Below the pieces are notes generated by a model. That model did no database searches. It saw nothing but the letters and a program-made list of their open reading frames with translations, and was not told the DNA's origin. Source: Clostridiales bacterium (GTDB taxonomy: Bacteria > Bacillota > Clostridia > Oscillospirales > CAG-272). Taken from it: 64,000 nucleotides of DNA. The position numbers were made by a program, and so were the translations under genes. Shown piece by piece: positions 9,501 to 18,001 of this stretch (position 1 is its first letter; every line of letters begins with the position of its first letter). The stretch is from the NCBI GenBank assembly GCA_022793655.1, contig JAAWDG010000013.1, positions 128,230 through 192,229 of the forward strand, in the 5' to 3' direction.

Positions 9501-10908
9501 CAGCGTGATCCCGGCAGACGGACTACTGGAGATTGTATCCTGTGATGAGAACGGTAAAGCGGCCTTTATCACGGATGTTCCCGTAGGTGCCAAGTTGTAT
9601 GTGAAAGAGGTTGCAACCAACGAACAATATATGCTCTCAGCTGAAAAATATCCTGTAACCTTCGAGTATGCGGGCCAGAATGTGGCAGCGGTCAACATTA
9701 CTGTAAATAAGGGCGAAGCTATTGAAAACGACATCATCTACGGCAATATTAAGGGACTAAAAATTGACCGTGAAACAGAGGAAACCATCGCAGGAGCTTT
9801 GTTCGGATTATTCCGTGCGGATGTGACCGAGTTTACAGAGGAAAATGCGATCCTTACGACAGAATCCAGTGTGGACGGCGTCTTCATCTTTGAGAATGTG
9901 CCCTTCAGCAATTGGATCGTCAAGGAATTGGTCCCCGCAGAAGGATTCCTGTCCAATGAGGAACTATATCCTGTAACTGTTTCTGAGAACGAGGAAATCA
10001 TTGAAATTACTGTAGTCAACGACCGCATTCCCGAAATTGGTACGACTGCTACAGTAGACGGCGAAAAGGAAATTTGTGCTACTGAAATCTTTACGCTTAC
10101 CGACACTGTGACATATAAGCATCTGATTCCTGGCAAGGAATATGTGCTGAAGGGCATCCTTATGGATAAAACTTCAAGCAAACCGCTTGTGATCGACGGG
10201 CAGGAAATCCATTCTATAGCAGTCTTCACTCCCGAAGCACCCACAGGAAAGGTAATCGTTAAATTCACCTTTGATTCCAAGTATATAAAGGCTGATACCG
10301 ACATTGTGGTGTTTGAACGCCTGTATAGAGACGGCAAAGAACTTGCCGTTCATGCGGATATTGAGGATGAAAGTCAGACCGTCAAAGTGAAAGTTCCCAA
10401 AATCGGAACACAGGCAACGGCAGAAAGAGAAAAGGAAATCACCACAGACGGCAGAGTGGTCATTGAGGACATTGTGTCTTACTTCAACCTAACCCCCGAC
10501 AAAGAATATATGCTAAAAGGGATACTCATGGACAAGACAGTCAATCAACCTTTGCTGATAAATGGTGAGGAAATTCGAAGCTCTTTCACCTTTAAACCAC
10601 AGGCATCCTCTGGCGAAATTACAGTATCCTTTGTATTTGATGCTGGCAGTCTTATGAAGGAAACAGAAATCGTTGTTTTTGAAACACTCTATCGGGAAGG
10701 CGTAGAGGTCGCTTTTCATACGGATATCGAGGATCAGGGACAAACAGTGAAAATCATACCACCAACGCCGCCTGTTTCTGACAATCCACAAACCGGTGTT
10801 AACAGCAATCTTGGTTTATGGCTTGGACTTGGCGCTGTTGCTGCCGGCGGACTGATCGCCTTGTGTGCTATATATTGGAAACAAAAAAAGGATGACGATG
10901 ACAAATGA
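6541..10908 (+). CDS. Cell-wall-anchored adhesin with a thioester domain, Cna-B-type repeats and two VaFE ester-bond repeats (1455 aa)
   Basis: Signal peptide. Thioester-domain motifs NICYCIEPG (Cys, ~6790) and TQLLIWE (7021-7041). Repeated SpaA/Cna-B-like modules (KTSEDG...GV/AxFxL/I). Two ~120-aa repeats end IVVFERLY and IVVFETLY. The C-terminal NPQTG (10783-10797) is followed by a TM helix and the basic tail KQKKDDDDK. Confidence 0.85.
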   Translation: MNFKRSIAVVLTFILCLSTLTGLGKNASAAGEEDQALLIGFPRAGDANPENWVHGELHFMNGWVSPEVRKYSVYTIGSYTGNICYCIEPGTPLSPGDSFTQNKDESFWDNYPSDYNHTIRADMIKIFIGRILQYGYTGTVSPYWVSQNPEEANCIAEVIATQLLIWETIVGERDSDFNHVSSGEYDAVLDCISDAHPLRNKILGYYNSIAASVQSHGKVPSFCTRSTGAKVYELEWNGSEYTTTLTDSNNVLGNYTFSADNANVKCSVKGNQLTLTASSAPSAPITITASKTTGSRKGLIVWSDGIYKPSEGLQDLVSYTQSITDPVSGFIKVKVSYGSAKIVKTSEDGKVDGVSFHIQGNGIDTIVQTKNGGQIQIDNLTPGVYTVTELTEEKYAPQEVRRVTVVSGQTATVTFSNVLKRGDLAVTKTSEDGLSEGAKFHLYGTSLSGLAVDEYAVADSTGVATFEDVLIGTGYTLEEMDTAIRYVVPEKQAAAIEWNKVTNKSFDNILKKWQITVTKSDSETGTAQGNVSLGGAVYGIFKGDQLVDTYTTDTNGQFITKFYICDSDWSLRELSASEGYLVTSGSEHIGAEPKLYTVEYNSTALDVLETVQKGKIAVIKHRDDGETQIETPEAGAEFEVFLKSSGSYDAAKDSERDILVCDKFGFAESKDLPYGIYTVKQTKGWEGNELMEPFDVFVKEDGEIYRYLINNATFEALIEIVKKDIETGKVIPASGIGFKVRNTDTGKYIVQHINYPTPVDIDIYYTDRSGKLMMPEALPYGNYEIIEQNTCYGYVLDPSPVPFTVDGSKTTITVEKYNIAQKGTITVTKTGEVFASVVESGEIYQPVYSVQGLAGAVYEVSAAEDVSTLDGTLRYSKGEVVAMIETDSTGIATTEPLYLGKFDVREIKAPDGMLVSDEVHSVELTYSGQEVEITETETAFYNERQRVQIDLAKIMVQDEKFEIGMNGEILSVQFGLFAAEDLTAADGSVIPADGLLEIVSCDENGKAAFITDVPVGAKLYVKEVATNEQYMLSAEKYPVTFEYAGQNVAAVNITVNKGEAIENDIIYGNIKGLKIDRETEETIAGALFGLFRADVTEFTEENAILTTESSVDGVFIFENVPFSNWIVKELVPAEGFLSNEELYPVTVSENEEIIEITVVNDRIPEIGTTATVDGEKEICATEIFTLTDTVTYKHLIPGKEYVLKGILMDKTSSKPLVIDGQEIHSIAVFTPEAPTGKVIVKFTFDSKYIKADTDIVVFERLYRDGKELAVHADIEDESQTVKVKVPKIGTQATAEREKEITTDGRVVIEDIVSYFNLTPDKEYMLKGILMDKTVNQPLLINGEEIRSSFTFKPQASSGEITVSFVFDAGSLMKETEIVVFETLYREGVEVAFHTDIEDQGQTVKIIPPTPPVSDNPQTGVNSNLGLWLGLGAVAAGGLIALCAIYWKQKKDDDDK

Positions 10909-11240
10909 TGAAAAAAGTATATATTTGTGCTCCCCTTGGCGGTGATGTCAAAGGAAACATTGAAAAAGTCAAACAATATACTCGATATGCGCTACTATGC
11001 GGTACAGCTCCGGTTGTGTCACATTTCTACGCGCTTTGCCTCGATGATTGCATCCCGAAGGAACGAGAGCTTGGCATGGCGGCAGGCTTGAGCCTTCTGT
11101 GGTTCTGCGACGAGCTATGGATTTTCGGGGATACCATCACCACAGGGATGCAGAGTGAAATCGATTTTTGCAAAAAACTCAATATCCGAGTCCGGCATAT
11201 CAAGGAGTCGGAGGTTATGAAAACAATTGGAGGTAACTAA
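10905..11240 (+). CDS. Nucleoside 2-deoxyribosyltransferase-like (DUF4406-like) small protein
   Basis: KKVYICAPLGG...CDELWIFGDTITTGMQSEIDFCKKLNIRV resembles the NDT-like fold pattern. The start overlaps the adhesin stop (ATGATG/TGA). Confidence 0.4.
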   Translation: MMKKVYICAPLGGDVKGNIEKVKQYTRYALLCGTAPVVSHFYALCLDDCIPKERELGMAAGLSLLWFCDELWIFGDTITTGMQSEIDFCKKLNIRVRHIKESEVMKTIGGN

Positions 11241-11243
11241 GCC

Positions 11244-11576
11244 ATGAAAAAGAAAACCTTACGCCTCACCCTCTGCGTCATGATGATGGCGCTTTTGTTC
11301 ACCGTTTCCACCATGTCGGCATTTGCCGCTGGCGATGTGGCAGGAGCCATAGAGAACACATGGACTGACGCGCAGGATCAGATCAAAACCGTTGTAGATA
11401 ACGTGGTGTTTCCAGTTATCGATATGATTCTGGCTATCCTGACTTTTGTGAAATTGGGGACTGCATATTTTGACTACCGCAAGCACGGGCAGTTTGAATT
11501 TACTGCCCCGGCAATTCTGTTTGCCTGCCTTATTTTCACGTTGACCGCTCCGCTGTATATCTGGACAATTCTATAA
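11244..11576 (+). CDS. Small secreted two-TM protein, candidate T4SS pilin-like subunit (VirB2/Maff2-like)
   Basis: Signal peptide (AFAAG cleavage region) plus two hydrophobic helices, 110 aa, sitting immediately upstream of the VirB6-like gene. Confidence 0.45.
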   Translation: MKKKTLRLTLCVMMMALLFTVSTMSAFAAGDVAGAIENTWTDAQDQIKTVVDNVVFPVIDMILAILTFVKLGTAYFDYRKHGQFEFTAPAILFACLIFTLTAPLYIWTIL

Positions 11577-11630
11577 TTAGTTAAGCAAGGCTGCCCCGCA
11601 AAAAGGGCAGTCTGATTGGAGGTGAACGCG

Positions 11631-12563
11631 ATGTTTGACTGGTTAGGAGACATTTTTTCGGGGATTGGTGATACCATAGGAGGTACCTTTGAATTGCTCG
11701 GAGAACAAATATCCAATGTGATATTTGATACGATCCTTCAGTGGTTCTATAATATCATCTATGATGCTGTTGCAGACTTTTTTACCATGATGGGCGATAT
11801 GGGTGCAGATATCTTTGAGCTCGATTGGATCAAAGCAACCATTATGCTGTTCACGTTTTTAGGATGGGCGCTCTTTACTGCCGGAACGGTGGTCGCTGTT
11901 TTTGATACGGCGATAGAATACCAAAACGGCAGGGCTACCATCAAGACCACTGCGCTAAATGTATTAAAAGGCTTCTTCGCCTGTTCCTTGATCGGCATTC
12001 TGCCCATAGAACTGTACAAATTCTGCATCAGCTTGCAGAATACCTTTGCAGGCGATTTAACCCGCATCCTGTCAGGGCAGCAGAGTATCGGATTATCCGG
12101 CACCAGTACTGCTGTATGGGAGGGCTGCTTTGCCGTATCCTCACAAGTATCATTCGGGCTGCTCAATTTGCTTTGTATGGTTGCCTTTGCTTATTGCGTA
12201 ATTAAGATATTTTTCGCCAATATCAAGCGAGGCGGTATTCTGCTGATTCAGATGGCGGTGGGAAGCCTGTATATGTTCTCCGTTCCGAGAGGATATTCGG
12301 ACGGCTTCAACCAATGGTGCAAGCAGGTGGTCGCCATTTGTCTTACCGCTTTTATGCAGACAACGCTGTTGTTCCTTGGACTTTTGACTTTCCCGGAAAA
12401 TATGCTGCTGGGACTTGGTATTATGCTTGCTGCAAATGAAGTGCCGCGAATCGCCCAGCAATTCGGGCTGGACAGTTCGGTGAGAGTCAACATGATGAGT
12501 GTTGTACACGCAACGACAATGGCAGTCAATTTGACGCGCAGCGCAGCAAGGGCTGCAAAATAA
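11631..12563 (+). CDS. Polytopic membrane protein, VirB6/TrbL-like T4SS channel component
   Basis: Several predicted TM helices, placed between the pilin-like gene and PrgI/VirB4. Confidence 0.6.
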   Translation: MFDWLGDIFSGIGDTIGGTFELLGEQISNVIFDTILQWFYNIIYDAVADFFTMMGDMGADIFELDWIKATIMLFTFLGWALFTAGTVVAVFDTAIEYQNGRATIKTTALNVLKGFFACSLIGILPIELYKFCISLQNTFAGDLTRILSGQQSIGLSGTSTAVWEGCFAVSSQVSFGLLNLLCMVAFAYCVIKIFFANIKRGGILLIQMAVGSLYMFSVPRGYSDGFNQWCKQVVAICLTAFMQTTLLFLGLLTFPENMLLGLGIMLAANEVPRIAQQFGLDSSVRVNMMSVVHATTMAVNLTRSAARAAK

Positions 12564-12573
12564 TGGAGGTAAA

Positions 12574-12789
12574 ATGGAGAGTAAGGAAAAACAATACGAA
12601 ACCGGGCTGCCCGAAAATTTGCAGCACGATCTGGACGCATACAAAGAGGGGTTGAAAAACAACTCTCCCCTGCTTGACTGTCTTTGGGGCAAGTTGTATA
12701 ACAGCATCAACAGCGCCGAAATTAATGACGGCGTGATCACGGCGAACCACGCCGACTATCTTCGTAGAAAATATCTGGCGAGGGTATGA
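12574..12789 (+). CDS. Hypothetical small T4SS-operon protein (71 aa)
   Basis: RBS ggaggt and co-oriented with the operon. No motif recognised. Confidence 0.4.
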   Translation: MESKEKQYETGLPENLQHDLDAYKEGLKNNSPLLDCLWGKLYNSINSAEINDGVITANHADYLRRKYLARV

Positions 12790-12870
12790 GCGACAGGTAG
12801 AGGATGGCTGCTCGCTCAAAGAACTGTATGAACAATATAACAACGACATTACGATGGGAGGAATGATGCA

Positions 12871-13131
12871 ATGACAACCTATCTCTACCCGCAGAACCTC
12901 AAAGCCACAGCCAATCTGTGGCTGTGGGGATTGCGGGATTTTTGTATTCTTGGCATTGTCGCGCTGCTTTCGGTGGTGGCGCTGGTACAGCTTAGGATGA
13001 TTATTCCCGCTGTGGCAACACTCTGCTACGGATTCTTAACGATCCGCCTGGAGGATACTACCGTGTTGGATTTTATAAAATATGCGGTGCGCTACTTTAT
13101 ATCCACTCAGCAATATTTTGAATGGAGGTGA
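12871..13131 (+). CDS. PrgI-family (VirB3-like) membrane protein
   Basis: 86 aa with two TM helices and the N-terminus YLYPQNLKATANLWLWGLRDF. It sits immediately before VirB4, as in Gram-positive T4SS operons. Confidence 0.6.
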   Translation: MTTYLYPQNLKATANLWLWGLRDFCILGIVALLSVVALVQLRMIIPAVATLCYGFLTIRLEDTTVLDFIKYAVRYFISTQQYFEWR

Positions 13132-13136
13132 GCAGT

Positions 13137-13745
13137 TTGGGTAAACAGAAAGATAACCAGCAGAAAAGAAAAGGTTACTCCGTGCAGGAATTAATCGGGA
13201 TCAAGACATTTACCAAATATGGACTCGCCACGAACAAGGGCGAGCTTTTGTTTTTCCTTGTATCTCCGACCAATATCTCGGTGCTGTCATCCGTAAATAT
13301 CGAGATCAAAATCCGCCATTTGATGATAGTGCTGTCGGCAATCCCGAACATCGAAATTTCCTGTACAGACTCCTGCGAATGCTTTGACGATAACAAGAGC
13401 TATTTGCAGACGCGGCTTGACGAGGAACAAAACGCAAAGGTACGGAAGATTCTCAAAAAAGATGTGGAAATGCTCGACCATTTGCAGACGGAGATGGCGA
13501 CTGCCAGACAATTCCTGTTCCTTATGCGGTGTAAGAATATGAAGCCAGAGCAGGTGTTTCAGACGGCCAACCGTGCCGAGAAGACCATTTCCGAGCAGGG
13601 CTTCGAGGTACAGCGCATGAAGAAAGCGGATATCAAGCGCTTCCTTGCTGTGTACTTTGGCGCCAGCATGAACGGCGATCAGATGCCGGACACGGACGGC
13701 GAACAGTTTTATGAAGTGGATGAGGACGGTGAAATAGAATGTTAA
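13137..13745 (+). CDS. Stand-alone N-terminal-domain-like piece of VirB4 (202 aa from TTG 13137; ATG 13122 also possible)
   Basis: VQELIGIKTFTKYGLATNKGELLFFLVSPTNISVLS...ARQFLFLMRC resembles the first ~200 aa of ~800-aa Orf16/ConE-type VirB4 proteins. SD GGAGGTGA precedes the TTG. The stop overlaps the VirB4 ATG (ATGTTAA). Confidence 0.5.
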   Translation: MGKQKDNQQKRKGYSVQELIGIKTFTKYGLATNKGELLFFLVSPTNISVLSSVNIEIKIRHLMIVLSAIPNIEISCTDSCECFDDNKSYLQTRLDEEQNAKVRKILKKDVEMLDHLQTEMATARQFLFLMRCKNMKPEQVFQTANRAEKTISEQGFEVQRMKKADIKRFLAVYFGASMNGDQMPDTDGEQFYEVDEDGEIEC

Positions 13746-15571
13746 CGAGAAAACCAAAGGTACTCACGCCGGAACAGATAGAAGAAATCCGCACAAAGGA
13801 CTTTTTTGACTGCATTCTGCCTGGTACCGTCAAATTCATGTCCGACCACTATATCCTCGGCGATAGCTACTGCTGCGTGTGGGCAATTCGGGAATACCCG
13901 CCCTCTACCGAAGAACAGGCGATCTTGTCCCAGCTTGCCGACCGCACCGGCGTGACACTCCGCATCTATCACAGACTGGTGGAAAGTATGGAACAGCGGA
14001 AAATCATTCAGAATGCCACCCGCAAAAATAAGCTCATGTCCGGCGGCAATGACGTTACCGAAACCATCGAAGCCGAGGGGAATTTACAAGATGTGGTGGA
14101 GCTGCTCGCCAACCTCAGAAAAAACAAAGAGCCGCTGCTCCATTGCTCAGTGTTCATAGAGCTGAAAGCCAAGGATATGGATGCACTGAAGGAATTGCAG
14201 TCGGAGATTGCTATGGAGATTACCCGTTCCAAGATGTCAGTGGATCGATTGACCTTACGGCAGAAAGAAGGATTTCTCTCTGTTCTGCCCGTGGGCGCGA
14301 ATCAGTTCGGCGCGCAGTATGAGCGCGTGTTGCCCGCAAGCTCAGTAGCCAATATGTACCCCTTCAACTTTTCCGGCAAGACCGATCCGCAGGGCTTATA
14401 TATCGGTCGGGATAAGTACGGCACGAACATCCTCGTGGACTTCGACCGTCGCAGCGAGGACAAGACCACAAGCTGTATCCTCATCCTCGGCAACAGCGGT
14501 CAGGGTAAGAGCTATCTCATGAAGCTGATCCTGACCAACCTGCGTGAATCGGGCAAACGCATCATTTGCCTTGATCCCGAAGCGGAGTACGAGGATCTGA
14601 CCGCCAACCTCGGCGGCTGTTATATCGATTTTATGTCCGGCGAGTACACCATCAATCCCCTTGAACCCAAGGCATGGTCTGACGGCACAGGCGACACCGA
14701 TCCTGACGCGCCTGCGGCATTCAAAAAGGTGACAAGGCTGAGCCAGCACATCGCTTTTCTAAAAGACTTCTTCCGCAGCTACAAGGATTTTTCTGATGCT
14801 CAGATCGACACCATCGAAATCTTGCTCATGAAGCTGTACGCGCGGTTCGGCATTACCGACAGCACCGACTACAGCATGAAGAAACCATCGGACTTTCCCA
14901 TTATGTCGGATTTCTATGAGCTGTGCGAGGAAGAATTCATGACCTATGATAAGCAGCGCAAATACCTCTACACAGAGGAAATGCTCCAAGCTGTCTGCCT
15001 CGGCGTCCACTCCATGTGTGTGGGAGCGGAAAGAAAATATTTTAACGGGCATACCAATATCACCGATGACGCATTCCTCTGCTTTAGCGTAAAGGGCTTA
15101 ATGGATACCAATAAGCGACTTAAAGACGCTATGCTGTTCAACATCCTTTCGTATATGTCCAACGAACTGCTGGGCAAAGGGAATACGATGGCTTCAATAG
15201 ATGAGCTTTATCTCTTCCTTACCAACATGACGGCGATTGAGTATATCCGAAACGCCGCTAAAAGAGCGAGGAAGAAGGAGTCAGGAGTCATTATGGCTTC
15301 GCAGAACATTGAGGACTTCTTGATCCCGTCCATCAAGGAATTTACAAAGCCGCTGTTCTCCATCCCGACACATCAGTTCCTGTTCAATGCCGGGCAGATC
15401 AACCCGAAGGAGTATATGGATGCTTTGCAGGTAGAGCCGAGCGAATTCGAGCTGATCAAGTATCCGGAGCGCGGCACCTGCCTGTACCGATGCGGTAACG
15501 AACGGTATCTTCTACAGGTCATTGCGCCCGATTACAAATCGGCATTGTTCGGAAAGGCCGGCGGACGGTGA
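13739..15571 (+). CDS. virB4: VirB4-family conjugal transfer ATPase (610 aa)
   Basis: Walker A ILGNSGQGKS at about residue 250. Conserved VirB4 N-domain pattern (YCCVWAIREYPPST...LSQL) and a Walker B region (IDELYLF). Confidence 0.9.
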   Translation: MLTRKPKVLTPEQIEEIRTKDFFDCILPGTVKFMSDHYILGDSYCCVWAIREYPPSTEEQAILSQLADRTGVTLRIYHRLVESMEQRKIIQNATRKNKLMSGGNDVTETIEAEGNLQDVVELLANLRKNKEPLLHCSVFIELKAKDMDALKELQSEIAMEITRSKMSVDRLTLRQKEGFLSVLPVGANQFGAQYERVLPASSVANMYPFNFSGKTDPQGLYIGRDKYGTNILVDFDRRSEDKTTSCILILGNSGQGKSYLMKLILTNLRESGKRIICLDPEAEYEDLTANLGGCYIDFMSGEYTINPLEPKAWSDGTGDTDPDAPAAFKKVTRLSQHIAFLKDFFRSYKDFSDAQIDTIEILLMKLYARFGITDSTDYSMKKPSDFPIMSDFYELCEEEFMTYDKQRKYLYTEEMLQAVCLGVHSMCVGAERKYFNGHTNITDDAFLCFSVKGLMDTNKRLKDAMLFNILSYMSNELLGKGNTMASIDELYLFLTNMTAIEYIRNAAKRARKKESGVIMASQNIEDFLIPSIKEFTKPLFSIPTHQFLFNAGQINPKEYMDALQVEPSEFELIKYPERGTCLYRCGNERYLLQVIAPDYKSALFGKAGGR

Positions 15572-15657
15572 GCCAATTCCCACAATACACATAAAAATAC
15601 TAAAAGCCGTAGGTTTTATGCCTGCGGCTTTTATTTTGGCAGAAAGGAGGGCTTGAT

Positions 15658-17298
15658 ATGAGTGTAACAGTTGGTGCGGCGCTCAAAAAAATAGCTGTTG
15701 CACTGCTGACCAATCCGAAGGTACTGAAAACTATCGGCGGTATTGTGCTTGGAATTATTATCATAATTATTATGCCTATCGTGGCGATTGTTTCTATTTT
15801 TAACGGCGGTATCGAGATCGACACGAATGAACTCCAGCAGATGGTGGTGCAGAACCTATCTGCTGAGGAACAGGCGAAACTCCAGTTTGTGGAGAATACC
15901 ATGTACGCCATTGAGGACGGGATGACTGCGGCAGGCTTTTCTGATCAAAGAGTTACGGAAGCGCAGGTACTGTATGTGCTTGCGCTTTCCAATTATACAG
16001 AGCAGTCGGATTTTGTTTCTAAGCTGGTGGACTGCTTTGCGAAAAATCAAACGGACGTACAGCTCATCAACGCCGTCAACTCCGCTTTCGGAACGGATCT
16101 GTCTGCCGGGGATTTCACGAATGTCATGGGCAGCATCCGGGCTGTGTATATCGACACCTCCGGATATATTGATCCATCGATCAAGAACAATCTCGACCTT
16201 GTGGAGTGGGCAAGACAGGCACAGTCCCACGGATGGGGCTATGTATGGGGGACTTACGGCGAGGTACTGTCACGGAGCCGCTACAAAGACAAAGCCCAGC
16301 AGTACCCGGACGAGGTTGGCGGCTATGCGGATTTTATCGAGAGCCATTGGATTGGCGGCAGGACATCGGACTGTGTTGGACTCATCAAAGGCTACGGCTG
16401 GCTCAACGCAGACACCCATCAGGTGGAATATGGGACAAATGGGATGCCTGATATCGATGCGGATACCATGTATAGAAATGCTTCAGAGAAAGGCACGGTT
16501 GACACCATCCCAGAAATCCCTGGACTTGCCGTGTGGTATGAAGGTCATATCGGAATTTATATCGGAGGCGGGAAGGTCATCGAAGCGATGGGAATACAGT
16601 ACGGCGTGGTGGAAACGGATCTCGCCGGACGGGGCTGGACGCACTGGCTGAAGATATCGTATATCACTTACCTCGAAAACGATATGGCATCCTCGCCTAA
16701 TGAGAGGAAGATATGGGATGCCCTTTATACTAAGATCGGCAATCCCTATGGCGTGGCGGGATTAATGGGAAATCTGTATGCGGAAAGCGGCCTGCAGCCG
16801 GACAATCTTCAGGATAGCTATGAAAGCAGCCTTGGCCACACCGATGCATCCTACACCAGCGCAGTAGACAGTGGCGCATATGCAAGATTCCCCACTGACA
16901 GCGCCGGATACGGTTTGGCGCAGTGGACGGTGCAGGCTCGAAAGGAAAAACTGCTTGCATATAAAACCGCACAGGGCTGTTCCATTGCTGACCTGAATAT
17001 GCAGCTAAATTTTTTAATGAACGAGATGGAAACAAAATTTCCAACCGTCCTTGCCAAGCTAAAAACCGCCACATCTGTCAGAGAAGCATCCGATTATGTG
17101 CTGATTCACTTTGAAGCGCCAATAGATCAGAGCGAATTCGTTCAGAGAGAACGTGCCGTTTACGGCAATGCGTACTATACGAGATATGGCCGGACTCTTA
17201 ATACAAATGGAGTACCATTCCAAATGGCTTGCAATGACGCCGCAGACAGATGCGCCGCGAATGAAGAAGCCGAAGTTCTCTTCTGTCGTGGGCACTGA
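15658..17298 (+). CDS. T4SS-associated peptidoglycan hydrolase (N-terminal TM helix, NlpC/P60-like domain, C-terminal lysozyme-like domain)
   Basis: NlpC/P60-type segment GWGYVWGTYG...SDCVGLIKGY...GHIGIYIGG. The C-terminal GNPYGVAGLMGNLYAESGLQPDN...YGLAQWT is lysozyme-like. Confidence 0.8.
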   Translation: MSVTVGAALKKIAVALLTNPKVLKTIGGIVLGIIIIIIMPIVAIVSIFNGGIEIDTNELQQMVVQNLSAEEQAKLQFVENTMYAIEDGMTAAGFSDQRVTEAQVLYVLALSNYTEQSDFVSKLVDCFAKNQTDVQLINAVNSAFGTDLSAGDFTNVMGSIRAVYIDTSGYIDPSIKNNLDLVEWARQAQSHGWGYVWGTYGEVLSRSRYKDKAQQYPDEVGGYADFIESHWIGGRTSDCVGLIKGYGWLNADTHQVEYGTNGMPDIDADTMYRNASEKGTVDTIPEIPGLAVWYEGHIGIYIGGGKVIEAMGIQYGVVETDLAGRGWTHWLKISYITYLENDMASSPNERKIWDALYTKIGNPYGVAGLMGNLYAESGLQPDNLQDSYESSLGHTDASYTSAVDSGAYARFPTDSAGYGLAQWTVQARKEKLLAYKTAQGCSIADLNMQLNFLMNEMETKFPTVLAKLKTATSVREASDYVLIHFEAPIDQSEFVQRERAVYGNAYYTRYGRTLNTNGVPFQMACNDAADRCAANEEAEVLFCRGH

Positions 17299-17321
17299 TA
17301 CAAAACCGGAGGTAAACTCAT

Positions 17322-17990
17322 ATGAACGATATTGACATCACGCTGTATCTGAACGAGTATCGAGTCAAAGCATTGGCAGACGCTCTCGCACAGCGAACCG
17401 CCAATACGGTCGAGGATGAACTGCATAAAGCGTTTGATGCGCTTTATCTGGAATATGTTCCTGGAGAACGGAGAGCAGATATCGAAGCGCAAATTGACCG
17501 GGAAGAAATTGCAGAGCAAGCGAGATATGACGGCAAGCACCGCTTTGCCGTTTACCACATCAGGGAAAACGGCGAAAATTATCATTTCACAAGTGAGCAT
17601 TTTGTCAGTCCCATGCAGGCGGCCTACCGTTACCGCCTCTATGCAAGAGAACAACTGAGCGCCAAGCCGCAGACATTTGCGCATGCGTTCATTGAAACCG
17701 ATCCGATCCCCGTAGAAAAGTTTGCCGAGATCTGTGAGGACATGAATTCCGATTCGCGCGTGACGGCGCTGATTGAATTTGATCTGGACAACGACGCCGT
17801 CAGCGTATGCGAAAGCAGCGACAACGCATGGCAGACATACAGCTGCCACGATTTCTCCGTGGCGGCGTTCAAGGCGTACCGTTCGGATTACAGGGATGAT
17901 GATTGCCGCCGCGAGATTTTCGAGGGCAGTCTCGCCGGAAAAGAGATCGACATGGATAAGAACGAGAATCACAGCATGGCGATACAGTAA
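17322..17990 (+). CDS. Hypothetical conserved ICE protein (222 aa)
   Basis: Good RBS (ggaggt). The longer antisense ORF 17175..17972 is judged spurious. Confidence 0.5.
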   Translation: MNDIDITLYLNEYRVKALADALAQRTANTVEDELHKAFDALYLEYVPGERRADIEAQIDREEIAEQARYDGKHRFAVYHIRENGENYHFTSEHFVSPMQAAYRYRLYAREQLSAKPQTFAHAFIETDPIPVEKFAEICEDMNSDSRVTALIEFDLDNDAVSVCESSDNAWQTYSCHDFSVAAFKAYRSDYRDDDCRREIFEGSLAGKEIDMDKNENHSMAIQ

Positions 17991-18001
17991 GGAGAATAAC
18001 C

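Noticed and set aside
13725-13750. A programmed -1 ribosomal frameshift joining the two VirB4 ORFs.
   Set aside because: No X XXY YYZ slippery heptamer and no downstream pseudoknot are visible. The ATGTTAA overlap is a standard termination-reinitiation coupling signal.
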